64,000 nucleotides of DNA from assembly GCF_030144855.1 (NCBI RefSeq), contig NC_082706.1:45260001-45324000 (forward strand). The letters are read 5' to 3'. Source of the stretch: Hypanus sabinus. Lineage: Eukaryota. The notes under the pieces were generated by a model, which was given only the letters and a program-made list of their open reading frames with translations, did not search any database and had not been told where the DNA came from. The translations under genes and the position numbers were made by a program. This document shows, piece by piece, positions 37,536 through 50,600 of the stretch (position 1 is the first letter of the stretch; every line of letters begins with the position of its first letter).

Positions 37536-39007
37536 CTAATAAAGACAAATAAAGAGTTAAGCATGAGAACACATGTTGTAGAACAAGATTCCACGTGTCA
37601 ATCACCTGAATAATTTCTGCAGTCAATTCCATTCCACCTTTGCAATGTGTTCCAATGTACACAGAATGTGGAAAAGTGCAGCTCAGGAACATCCCCTGTG
37701 GCTCATGATGCTATGGTGAGCTAATTATTCTAGAAACCAAATCCTTAAATAAGCTAACCTATTTTGCCTACAACATGTCCCTATCCCTCCATTCCCTGCA
37801 CATTCATATGCCCATCTTAGTGCCTTTGAAACACCTCAACCTTCACCACCACCCCGACAGAACTTTACAGGCTCCCTCAGCTCGCTGTATGAAAAGCAAA
37901 CTTGCCCCACGAATCGTTTTTGCATTTACGCCTTCTCGCCTCATGCATGGCCTCCAATATTGAACATCACAACCCCGGGTAAAAGATACGGTCTGTCTAT
38001 ACTTGCTCTGAAATCTCTCTCAGTGTCTGGAGAAAACAATTTGTATGTCCAGCCTTTCCTTATCACACCTGCGCTGTCATCCGGACAGCATCCTCTTCTT
38101 CACCCTCTCCAAAGCCTCTCCACCCTTCCGATAATGTGGTGAACAGAACTGAATGCAATAGTTCACATGGGGTCTAACCGAAACTTTATTCACCTTTAAC
38201 ATAACTTCTCAACTCCAGAGCTTATAAAGGCAAACATGCCTTACACCTTCTTTCCCAGCCTATCAAACTGTTCGGAGCTATGAACTCAGATCCCCACATT
38301 CCTCTGATCAGCAACATTGTTAAGGGTTCTGCCATTGACTGTTCCTGTCACTTTACACCTGATCTTCCAAACTGCAACACCTCACACTTACTTCAATTAA
38401 TCTCCATCTGCCACTTCTCTGCCCCGACCTGCAACTGATCTCTATCCCGCCTAATCTTTTGGCAACCTTATTCACTGTCCACAACAACACCAGTTTAGGA
38501 AATGGTAAATTAAACGGACCCACAAGCCAGGATGCCCACAAGAAGAAGGAACTTTCTCCATCCTCACAACTTCTCCAATCTGTCGAAAGCTTCAGAACAT
38601 CAACTCACCATAAACTCAGCATGGCGATGTGGGTACCGGAGATATAGGTGGGGTGAGGGAGGTTGGGTTTGTGGGATATCGAGGTCAGTTCTTGCCTTGA
38701 GTCTCATCAGGCAGCTCAATTTTCCATTTCCGTACCATATGTTTCCTCAAACCAACACGGACGGATGGAAAGCGTGCAAGGAGCTGGCCGGATTCACACT
38801 CAGGACCAGTTCCTGATGCCCCTACAGTGACGTCCCGCTCAGTAGGTTAATGCTCATTGTAAATTTTCCTGTGATTAGGCTAGGATTAAACTGGGAAACT
38901 GTGGGGTGGTGTGGCTCGAAGGCCTGGAGGGCGCTTTTCAGTACTGTATCTCAATAAACAAATAAATAGATTTAGAGGGAACTCTTGGCTTAAGACCACC
39001 CACTCAC

Positions 39008-39224
39008 ATTCCACAGTGAGGGCTATTTCCCTCTCCAAACACCAGCCACAGCTTGTTGCTGGAACCTGTTGTGCTCAGTGTGACCCTGAGATGTCTCCAC
39101 CTCAGGTTCGATGCTGAGAAACTCTGGACGCAGCAGAGGATTTTTGTTGGAATGCCTTCCTTCATATTCACCCAGGAATTGTTCAGCCTGTTGGTAGAAG
39201 TGACTGAGAAATTCTGTGGGGCAT
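39008..39224 (-). pseudogene. Siglec-like locus A: third Ig exon with 65-nt deletion
   Basis: TCCTCAG|AT GCC..GAA T|GTGAGT; 217 nt against 282 nt for the paralog at 15928-16209; segment containing YQC is missing. Confidence 0.88.
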
Positions 39225-39329
39225 CTGAGGACAAACCAATGGTTAACAGTGGCACAGTTTTGAGGCAATAGAAGATCATAAATCAGTTTTGAAAGTGAGC
39301 TGGGCCTGTTGGGACATGTCTGCGGAGCA

Positions 39330-39755
39330 AGAGATCACAGAGTGAGTTGGAGACAGTTCCTTGCGGAGTGTTTGATGCTCTGGGCCAACTCACTGGAATT
39401 TAAAAGCATGAGGTGGAATCTCATTGAAACATATCGAACATTGAAAGCCTTTACTGGGACGATGTGGAGATAATGTTTCCTATAGTGTGTATGTCGAGGG
39501 CCAGAGGGAACAGCCTCTGAACAGACGGATGTCCATACAGAATGAAGATGAGGCGGCATTTCTTTAGCCAGAGGGTGGTGAATCTGTGTAATTCATTGCC
39601 ACAGACGGTTGTGGAGGGTGTCATTGTGTATATTTATTAGCTTCTTGCTTGGGGTGTCAAATATTATGGAGAAGACCAGAGACTGGGTTTGAGGGGGATA
39701 ACAAATCAGCCATGATGGAATTTGTGTAGCAGTGTCGATGGGCCGAGTGTTAAGT
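39330..39755 (+). mobile_element. CR1 3' fragment
   Basis: ORF2 end and ATCAGCCATGATGGAAT..GATGGGCCGA tail. Confidence 0.8.
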
Positions 39756-39756
39756 A

Positions 39757-42700
39757 TAACATATCAAGTGTCGTGTAGCCGCCCACCCTCCTGATAATCT
39801 GGCAAACGCCTGAGCTGTTACATTTCCCCAGCCCGAGCAGAGGGGGCTGGATAACTGGATTGTGCCATTCTGCTACAGCCAGAGGGTTCCTGGAGCTGCT
39901 TCATTTTTGCCAGATCTTTTTAAGGAGAGGAATGTTTTCACACCCCAGCAATTTACTATGGACTGGCCAGCACTGAATATAAACCCACAGTCAGGAGATG
40001 GTCGGGTCACTTGGTTTGAGGAGTATTTATTATGTTGTAACCAAGTTCTGTTCTGTTCAGCTGATTCATGTTTGGACTCTGGGACTTTTCTGTTGAGTTT
40101 GTAGATACTTTGGGTAAATAAAACCCCTATTTTTTTCACCTTTACCTACTCTGTCAGTTTTATGCTTACCCTGGTCCTTCACGGATGTGGCAGCGGTGGG
40201 GCCAGCGGTAGAAGGTGCAGGAAAGGTGCTTTGAATTTTTTTCCAACATGAAGAAAGCAGTAGGAGGAGGGAAAACACCGGCCGATCGAGAGCAGCAGCT
40301 GGAGTTGGGGAGCAGTCTGAGGCTGAAGCGGAAGGTGGGGCCAGGTCCTCAGAAATAGAGGAGCCCCGGGAGCCCACTATTATCGACCTGGCCAATATTC
40401 TTTGCACGTATATGGGTCAGCAGCAGGTACGAGATGCCCAGTTGGTGAGGCCAAGAGCAGCGATTTAAAGCACAGCAGCCCCAGTTCAATCTGCTCCAGT
40501 CAGAGGTGCAGGCCCGCACCCCTCCAACATTTGATCAACCTTCTGGTAAGACAGATACTGTGGGGGCAGATGTTGTGGGTTCAGACACAGGCCCCCCTCC
40601 TGCCCGGGTAAACTTTGGGGTCTCCCATCAGGATGGCTCTACAGCAATACACTTGAGATCTACTCAGGGGCCAAAGCTTCAGCAGCTGACTGATCCTGAT
40701 GATATTGAACATTTTCTTGTCACTTTTGAGAGAATAGCAACAGCGTGCAGATGGCCAATTGGAGATTGGGCCTTTAGGCTCATTCCATTATTGACAGGCA
40801 AAGCTAGGAGTGCCTATGCTCATATTGACATTGATGATGCTGCAGACTATGAGGAAGTTAGAAGGGCTATTACAAAAAAATGATATAGATCCAGAAACCT
40901 ACAGACAGAGATATCGCAGCCTTGAGATTGAACCAGATGAAGGCCCAAAAGAACTATATGTCAGGTTAAAGAAGCTTTATGGGAAATGGGTTCACCCGAA
41001 GGGGAAGACGGTGAATGAAATTGGAGAATTTACTGTCCTGGAACAATATCTGAGAATGCTTTCCCCTGAGCTACAGGTCTGGATTAAGGAGCACAACCCT
41101 GCAACGGCCGTAGAAGCAGCTGGCCTAGCTGACGTGTTTGTTGCTGCCAGACGGAAGAAGCAGCCGTGGAGCTTCACTGCCTGGAAGTTAACTAAGGATC
41201 ACAAAGTGCCAGGTGTCTCCCGGTCAGTACAAAGGGTGGATTCAGCCAGGGGTAGCTCCTGTAAAGGAGAAATCTACAGAGGTTAACTCATTTTCTAGAT
41301 CTTTCAAGAGACTTATTTGTTACATGTGCGGTGAAGAGGGGCACACTAAATTTGTCTGTCCCAGTAATTCTCTGAAACTAATCCAGATGTGCTATGTGCC
41401 CAGAGGTGATCTGAAGTCAAAGAGGGAGCCACAACAATCGCAGAGTGAGATCATGGTGGAGGTGAATGGCTGTGAATTAAAGGCACTTATTGACAGTGGC
41501 AGTGATCAGACCCTTGTTCATAGACAGTTCATTCCTCCTCATACTGTGTGTATGACTGAGACTGTGCCCATCTGTTGTGTACATGGAGATGACAAGCTTT
41601 ATCCCACAGCAGATGTTCATATCAAAGTGCAAGGCCAGAATTATCTCCTGAACGTAGGGGTTGCTGATCATCTCCCCTTTCCGGTGGTGCCAGGTCAGGA
41701 TTTGCCTGTTCCTCTTGATCTTTTGCGTCCAAGTTAGGTCTGTAAAGTTGCACTTACCCGGGCAAAAGCCAAGGACATCAAACCTCTCTACCCAACCTCT
41801 CAGTGAACTTCCTTTTTATAATGTTGAAATTGAAACTAAGCCTGGAAGGGATGGTAAAGCTCGTAGCCAGAAAAGATGGGAAAAGTTATAAAATACTGAA
41901 GTGAATTCATCCATTGAACCTCACCCACCCCGGCTTTTGGGGTTTCAAATACCGATATCCAGACAATGCAACAAAATGATGTTAGTCTGCATTTCAAGCA
42001 GGTTAAACACATTATGGAAGGGGAAACAATTGAACTGATGAAGGGAAATGGATATTTTAGAGAAAATGGGATATTGTACCGCCAGCAGGGGTCAGCGATG
42101 CAGCTAATGGTGCCTATATCTGCTAGAGGAACTGCACTTGAGTTGGGTCACTATTCCCTAGGCAGGCCACCTGGGGAAACACAAAAGTTTTGACTGTATT
42201 AAGAAACATTTTCACTGGTCGGGTCTATGTGCTGCTGTGGCCCAGTATTGCAGAAGCTGTCCTCAATGTCATCAAACCTCAGTCAGATTTCCTTCTCAAG
42301 TTCCCCTTCGGTCTTTGCCAAGCATTGCCACTCCAGTTGAACGGTTGGGTATGGATGTTGTGGGCCCAGTAGAAAGAAGCAAGTCAGGAAATCTCTTTAT
42401 GTTAGTAATTACTGACTGTGCTACCAGATATCGAGAAGTTTTTCCACTTAAAACTGTCAAGGCTAAGTCAATTGCTTTTTGTTTGGTGCAATTCTTTGCA
42501 AGGGTGAGGTTTTCGAAGGAAATTCCTGCTGATCAGGGGACAAACTTCATGTCCAGATTATTGAGAGATGTGTACAAACCAGTGGGGATTAAAGGCATCT
42601 GTACTACCCCATATCATCCCCAGACTAATGGGTTGACAGAGGTTCAACCAAACCCTTAAACAGCTGGTCAGAAAGTTCATAAGTGGTACAGGATCTGATT

Positions 42701-44971
42701 GGGAACAATGATGACCCTATTTGCTTTTTGCTTACAGGGAAGTACCTCAGGCACCAACCGGTTTTTCACCTTTTGAATTATTGAATGGACATGAGGTAAG
42801 AGGCCGACTTACTTTACTTAAAACCCACTGGGAAAAGAGTCACAAAATAGCAGAGCCACAGGGTGTCGGAGCCCATGTTGCCCACATGAGGGAGAAATTG
42901 GAGAAAATGGCTGCATTGGCTCAGCAGAATGTGATGGAGGCCCAACAGAAGCAAAAAACCTGGTACGACCATACTGCCTGGGAGCGGAGTTTTTCCACTG
43001 GACAGAAAGTTTTGGTAATGCTCCCTAAACAAGGCAGCAAGCCTTTAGCTAAGTGGCAAGGGCCTTATGACATAACACAGAAAGTGGGTCCAACTACATA
43101 TGAGATAGCAGCTCCTGGCCAGGCACGCCCACAGAGAATTTTGCATATTAACTTACTGAAAGAATGGTTTCCCAGGTCTGACCAGAAAGAGGTGTTGTTG
43201 ATTAGACGTGTGGAAGAAGAGGACAACGATGAGAAACATTACCTTCCGGTACCTGCCTCTGCCTTGCCCGATCTCGTCCAAGTCACGGCTGGCCACCAGA
43301 CCCACGTCAGTGCCCTCAGTGTCCCAAATATTTTTAAAGAAATTCCTGGTCATACAAAAGTAACTGAACATAACATTGTGCTTAAAAAGAATGCCGCTGT
43401 GAGAAGAAGGAGCTACAGAATCCCGGAGCGCCTCCTGGTGCTCCTGAAAAAGGAGATAGAATTGATGCCGTCCCTGGGCATCACTGAGGTATCAAGAAGT
43501 GAGTGGTGTAACCCATTGCCTTGGTTCCAAAGAAAGACGGCGCTATAAGATTCTGTATAGATTTTCATTATCTGAATCCGATCTCTGAATTTAATTCCTA
43601 TCCATTTCCTTGCGTTGATGAACTTATTGACTGGTTAGGCAAATCGAGATTTCGAACCGCCATTGATCTCTGCGAGGGTTACTGGCAGGTGCCATTGACT
43701 CTACAGTCCCGTGAGCTGACAGCTTTCCGTACGCCATGGGGTCTGTGTCAGTTCACCGTAATGCCATTTGGACTGCACGGTGCCCCAGCTACGTTCCAAC
43801 GATGAATGGACCAGGTGTTGTTGGGACTTTCTGATTTCGCTGCAGCCTACTTGGACGATATTGTTGTTCACGGGGCTGCCTGGGAGGAGCGTAAAGATCA
43901 CCTGAAGACGGTCAGCAGATGTCTCCAGGAAGCCGGATTGACTGCCAACCCCTCAAAGTGTCAGTTTGCCAAGACTGAGATTGAATATTTTGGCTACATT
44001 ATTGGCAGTGGGGTTATCAAACCACAGGCACACAAACATCAAGCCATTTAGTCCTGTCCGTGTCCACGGACAAAGACCCAGCTGAAATCATTCCTTGGAA
44101 TGTCAGGATGGTACAGGAGATTTGTGCCTGACTGTTCCTCTCGTGCTGCTGTTCTCACAGATATGACTCTGCGGATGAGTCCTACTCAGCTGCAGTGGAG
44201 TGAGGAGGCAGAACGTTAGGATGCGCTGAGTGAGAACCCTGTGTTGTGCAGTCCTGACTTTATTAAGGGTTTTGTGTTGCAGACGGATGCCTCAGAGTAA
44301 GGTTTGGGAGCGGTGCTTTTGCAGGGACAGCCCAGTGATCGTCACCCACTGGCTTACATCAGCAGGAAGTTGTTCCCGAGCGAGACTCGTTATTCCACTG
44401 TGGAGAAAGAATGCTTGGCACTGAAATGGGCTTTGGACTCCCTCAAGTATTATATCTGGGGAAGAGAGTTCATCCTGGAAACTGACCATAAAGCCCTGAG
44501 GTGGATGGAAGGGGTGAAGGATGCTAATAGCCCTGTCACCTGCTGGTATTTGGCGATGCAGCCATATCGTTACACCATTCAGCTATTCTCGGGTGAGATA
44601 ACACCGCTGCAGACTTTTCTTCCCACTCTTAGGGCGTGATACTAGAAGGAGGGGAATGTGTGGCTGCGGCAATTACCAGCCGCACATTCAACCCGGCATA
44701 TTAAGTGTCCTGTAGCCACCCATCCTCCTGATGATCTGGTAGAGGACTGAACTGTTACATTACACCAGCCTGAGTAGATGGGGCTGGATAACTGGATGGG
44801 CCATTCTGCGACAGCCACAGCGGTGTTCTCTGGATCTGCTTCATTTATGCCGCATCTTCTTAAGCAGAGGAATATCTTCTCTCATCTGCAATGTACTATG
44901 GACTGGCCAGCATTGAATATAAACACTCAGGTGTGTGGTGTCACGTGGTTTGAGGAATGCTTATTATGTTG
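39757..44971 (+). mobile_element. Gmr1-type Ty3/Gypsy LTR retrotransposon, copy 1 (dead)
   Basis: LTR ~39757-40182; gag with SCAN-like region and CCHC; ALIDSGS protease; integrase (MDVVGP, DQGTNF, YHPQTNGL); then RT (YLDDIV) and RNase H (TDAS, EKECLA, TDHKAL); PPT 44645-44656; partial 3' LTR from 44657. Confidence 0.93.
40188..40200 (+). promoter_or_regulatory. Primer-binding site, tRNA-Leu-like
   Basis: TGGCAGCGGTGGG just after the LTR, complementary to a ...CCCACCGCUGCCA tRNA end; also at 47282-47294 on the minus strand. Confidence 0.7.
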
Positions 44972-46068
44972 TTGAAGGGGAACTTTAGAAGGAAATCTGG
45001 CTGAGGTTTGATGACATTGAGGACAGCTTCTGCAATACTGGGCCACAGCAGCACGTAGACCCGACCAGTGAAAATGCTTCGTAAAACAGTCAAAACTTTT
45101 GTGTTTCCCCAGGTGGCCTGCCCAGAGAATAGAGTGACACAATTCAAGTACAGTTTCTCTGGCAGATATAGGCACCATTAGCTGCATCGCTGACTCCTGC
45201 TGGCAGTACAGTATCCCATTTTCTATAAAATATCCATTTCCATTCACCAGCTCAACTTTTTCCCCTTCCATAAAGTGTTTAACCTGCTTGAAATACAGAG
45301 TTAGACTAACATCATTTTGTTGCATTGCTTGGATGTCAGTTGGTATTTGAAACCCCAAAAGCTGGGGTGGGTGAGGTTCAATGGATGAATTCACTTCAGT
45401 ATTTTATAACTTTTCCTGTCTTTTCTGGCTACGAGCTTTACCATTCCTTCCAGGCTTAGTTTCAATTTCAACATTATAAAAACGAAGTTCACTGAGAGGT
45501 TGGGTAGATTGTTTGATGTTCTTGGCTTTTGCCCGTGTAGGGGCAACTTTACAGACCTGACTTGGACGCAAAAGATCAAGACGAACAGGCAAATCCTGAC
45601 CTGGCACCACCGGAAAGGGGAGTTGATCAGCAACTCCTACGTTCAGGAGATAATTCTGGCCTTGCACTTTGATATGAACATCTGCTGTGGGATAAAGCTG
45701 GTCATCTCCATGTACACAACAGATGGGCACAGTCTCAGTCATACATGCACTATGAGGAGGAATGAACTGTCTCTGAACAAGGGTCTGATCACTGCTACTG
45801 TCAATAAATGCCTTTAATTCACAGCCATTCACCTCCACCATGATCTCACTCTGCGATTGTTGTGGCTCCCTCTTTGACTTCAGATCACCTCTGGGCACAT
45901 AGCACATCTGGATTAGTTTCAGAGAATTATTGGGGCAGACAAATTTAGTGTGTCCCTCTTTACCACACATGTAACCAATAAGTCTCTTGAAAGATCTAGA
46001 AAATGAGTTAACCTCTGTAGATTTCTCCTTTACAGGAGCCTTACCCCCGGCTGAATCCACCCTTCGTA

Positions 46069-46266
46069 GAAACATAGAAACATAGAAAATAGGTGCAGGG
46101 GTAGGCCATTTGGCCCTTTGAGCCTGCACTGCCATTCAGTATGATCATGGCTGATCATCCAACTCAGAACCCTGTATCTGTTTTCTCTCCATACCCCCTG
46201 ATCCCTTTAGCCACAAGGGCCATATCTAACATGTCTAACCTACATATCTAACCTACATATCTAAGG
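46069..46266 (-). mobile_element. Short CR1 3' tail inserted in copy 2
   Basis: TSD TTCGTA at 46063-46068 and 46267-46272; absent from copy 1. Confidence 0.85.
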
Positions 46267-47655
46267 TTCGTATTGACCGGGAGACACCTGGCCCTTTGTG
46301 ATCCTTAGTTAACTTCCAGGCAGTGAAGCTCCACGGCTGCTTCTTCCGTCTGGCAGCAACAAACACATCAGCTAGGCCAGCTGCTTCTACGGCCGTTGCA
46401 GGGTTGTGCTCCTTAATCCAGACCTGTAGCTCAGGGGAAAGCATTCTCAGATATTGTTCCAGGACAATAAATTCTCCAATTCCATTCACCGTCTTCCTCT
46501 TCAGGTGAACCCATTTCCCATAAAGCTTCTTTAACCTGACATATACTTAGTTTGGGCCTTCATCTGGTTCAATCTCAAGGCTGCGATATCTCTGTCTGTA
46601 GGTTTCTGGATCTATATCATTTTTTTGTAATAGCCCTTCTAACTTCCTCATAGTCTGCAGCATCATCAATGTCAATATGAACATAGGCATTCCTAGCTTT
46701 GCCTGTCAATAATGGAATGAGCCTAAAGGCCCAATCTCCAATTGGCCATCTGCACGCTGTTGCTATTCTCTCAAAAGTGACAAGAAAATGTTCAATATCA
46801 TCAGGATCAGTCAGCTGCTGAAGCTTTGGCCCCTGAGTAGATCTCAAGTGTATTGCTGTAGAGCCATCCTGATGGGAGACCCCAAAGTTTACCCGGGCAG
46901 GAGGGGGGCCTGTGTCTGAACCCACAACATCTGCCCCCACAGTATCTGTCTTACCAGAAGGTTGATCAAATGTTGGAGGGGTGCGGGCCTGCACCTCTGA
47001 CTGGAGCAGATTGAACTGGGGCTGCAGTGCTTTAAATCGCTGCTCTTGGCGTCACCAACTGGGCCCCTCGTACCTGCTGCTGCCCCATATACGTGCAAAG
47101 AATATTGGCCAGGTCGATAATAGTGGGCTCCCGGGGCTCCTCTATTTCTGAGGCCCCAGATCACCCTGGAAGGCCCCACTGATTCAGCCTCAGACTGCTC
47201 CCGAACTCCAGCTGCTGCTCCCAACTGGCTCGATTGGATAAAAAAATTCAAAACACCTTTTCTGCACCTGCTACAGCTGACCCCACCGCTGCCACATCTG
47301 TGAAGGACCAGGGTAAGCATAAAACTGGCAGAGTAGGTAAAGGTGAAAAAAATAGGGGTTTTATTTACACAAAATATTTACAAACTCAACAGAACTGTTC
47401 TAGACTCCAAGCTTGAATCAGCTAAACAGAGCAGAACTTGGTTACAACATAATAAACACTCCTCAGACCAAGTGACGCCATCATCTCCTGACTGTGGGTT
47501 TATGTTCAATGCTGGCCAGTCCATAGTAAATAGCAGGGGTGAGAAAACATAAATGAAGCAGCTCCAGAGAACCCTCAGGCTGTAGCAGAAGGGCACAATT
47601 CAATTTTCCAGCCCCCTCTACTCAGGCTGGTGTAATGCAACAGCTCAGTCGTTTG

Positions 47656-50600
47656 ATCTGGAAGGTTGAACTGCTGACAACTCGGCGAATCGGGTGGTTG
47701 GGAGTGGAGAAAGGACGGCAGTTGTTTAAACAACTAGATTGTGAATGGATGGAGGATGGCAGGGGGACCTGATGATTCGTGAAGTGAATTAGAGATGGAG
47801 GTTGGTGGGAAAGAGAAATGGAGTGGAAAAAGCAGGAAAAGAAATGAGATGTCAAACTCTGAGGAGTCAGGGGATGACTGAAGCAGACAATAGACAATAG
47901 GTGCAGGAGTAGGCCATTCGGCCCTTCGGGCCAGCACCGCCATTCTATGTGATCATGTCTGATCATCCACAATCAGTACCCCGTGCCTGCCTTCTCCCCA
48001 TATCTCTTGACTCCACATTCTTTAAGAGCTCTATCTAACTCTTTCTTGAAAGCATCCAGAGAATTGGCCTCCACTGCCTTCTGAGGCAGAGCATTTCATA
48101 GATCCGCAACTTTCTGGGTGAAAAAGATTTTCCTGAACTCTGTTCTAAATGGCCTACCTCTTAATCTTAAACTGTGGCCTCTGGTTCTGGACTTCCAACA
48201 TCAGGAACATGTTTCCTGCCTCTAGTGTGTCCAATCTCTTGATAATCTTATATGTTTCAATCAGATCCCCTCTCATCCTTCTAAATCCCAGTGTATACAA
48301 GCCCAGTCGCTGCAATCTTTCAGTATATGACAGTCCCACCATCCCAGGAATTAACCTCATTTTCCTATGCTATGCTCCCTCAATAGCAAGACTATTCCTC
48401 CTCAAATTTGGAGACTAAAACTGAACATGATACTCCAGATGTGGTCTCACCAGGGCCCTGTATAACTGCAGAAGGACCTCTTTACTCCTATACTCAACTC
48501 CCCTTGTTATGAAGGCCAACGTGCCATTAGCTTTCTTCAATGCCTGCCGTACCTGCATGCAGATTTTCAATGACTGATGTAGAAGAATATATTGTACTTC
48601 CCGTTTTCCTAACTTGACACCATTCAGATAGTAATCTGGCTTCCTGTTTTTGCCACCAAAGTGGATAACCTCACATTTATCCACATTAAACTGCATCTGC
48701 CATGCATCTACCCGCTCACCCAACCTGTCCGAGTCACCCTGCATTCTCCTAACATCCTCCTCATATTTCACACTACTACCCAGCTTTGTGTCATCTGCAA
48801 ATTTGCTAATGTTACTTTTAATCCCTTCATCTAAATCATTAATGTATATTGTAAATAGCCGTGGTCCCAGCACCGAGCCTTGTGGTACCCCACTAGTCAC
48901 TGCCTGCCATTCTGAAAAGGACCTGTTAGTCCCGACTCTTTGTTTCCTCTCTGCCAACCAATTTTCTATCCATGTTGGTACCCTACCCCCAATACCAAGT
49001 GCTCTAATTTTGCCCACTAATCTCTTATATGGGACCTTATCAAATGCTTTCTGAAGGTCCAGGTACACCGCATCCACTGGCTCTTCCTTGTCAATTTTCA
49101 TAGTTACATCCTCAAAAAATTCCAGAAGATTAGTCAAGCATGATTTCCTCTTTGTAAGTCCATGCTGACTCGGACTGGTCCTGTTACTGCTATCCACATG
49201 TGCCGCTATTTCATCTTTTACAATTGACTCCTTCCCACCACTGATATCAGGCTAACTGGTCTGTAATTCCCTGTTTTCTTTTTCCCTCCTTTCTTGAAAA
49301 GTGGGAATACATTAGCTACCCTCCAATCCTCAGGAACTGATCCTGAATCTATAGAACATTGGAAAATGATTACCAGTGTATCCACAATTTCTCGAGCCAC
49401 CTCCTTAAGTACCCTGGGATACAGACCATCAGGCTCTGGGGATTTATCAGCCTTCAGTCCCATCAGTCTGCCCAACACCATTTTCTGCCTAATGTGAATT
49501 TCCTTCAGCTCCTCCATTACCCTAGGTCCTCTGGCCACTATTACACCTGGGAGATTGTTTGTGTCTTCCCTAGTGAAGACAGATCCAAAGTACCTGTTCA
49601 ACTCGTCTGCCATTTCCATGTTCCCATAATAAATTCACCCATTTCTGCCTTCAAGGGCCCAACTTTGTTCTTAACTAATTTTTTCCTCTTCACATACCTA
49701 AAGAAGCTTTTACTATCCTCCTTTATATTCTTGGATGGTTACCTTTGTATCTTATATTTTCTCCCCGTATTGCCTTTTTAGTTATCTTCTGTTGCTCTTT
49801 AAAAGTTCTCCGTACATCTTTGCTATGTTTTATATCTCTTTTATTTTTAAACTGTCCTTGACTTCCCTTGTTAGCCATGGTCACTCCCTACTCCCCTTTG
49901 AATCTTTCTTCCGCTTTGGGAAGTACTGATCCTCTACCTTCTGTATTATTCCCAGAAATACCTGCCATTGTTGTTCCACTGTCATCCCTGCTAGGGTATC
50001 CTTCCAGTCAACTTTGGCCAGTTCCTCCCTCATGGCTCCATAGTCCCCTTTGTTCAACTGGAATACTGACACTTCCGATTTTCCCTCTCCCTCTCAAATT
50101 GTAGATTAAAAGTTATCATATTATGGTCACTACCTCCTAATGCTGTAGGATAGCAAAACAATGGAAAGAAGATGAGATTAAAGCAATTATACAACTGAGC
50201 CTTTTGATGATTGGAACCCGATTCATCTGACGAAGGTAATAAACAAACTTGTAGGTGAGCTCAAAATAGCAAAGGTATTATGAAATGGATCGCTATTAGT
50301 GATTTGTCGGGATAGTGCTCAGCAAGGCAAAGTGATAAGATAAATCTAAGTACAATGCTCAGTACCCAACAACAGAAAGTGGACGAGAGGAGTTATTTCA
50401 GGAATACCAACAGAAGTTACTATGGTTGAGATTAAACAGAACATAAAAGGAGCAAAAATTGAGGCCAAACGTTTGAAAGTTACAAGAAAAAGAAACAAGT
50501 GTGATAGTTTAGCAGTTATGATTAATTTTGATGAAGAAAGATTGCCGACTAAAGTTTATTTCAGGTATATGTGTTTTGAGGTCAGAATATATATACCACC

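Noticed and set aside
40865-40885. Programmed frameshift at ACAAAAAAATGA
   Set aside because: Continuation is in the +1 frame in mid-gag, before the SCAN-like region; better explained as a shared deletion
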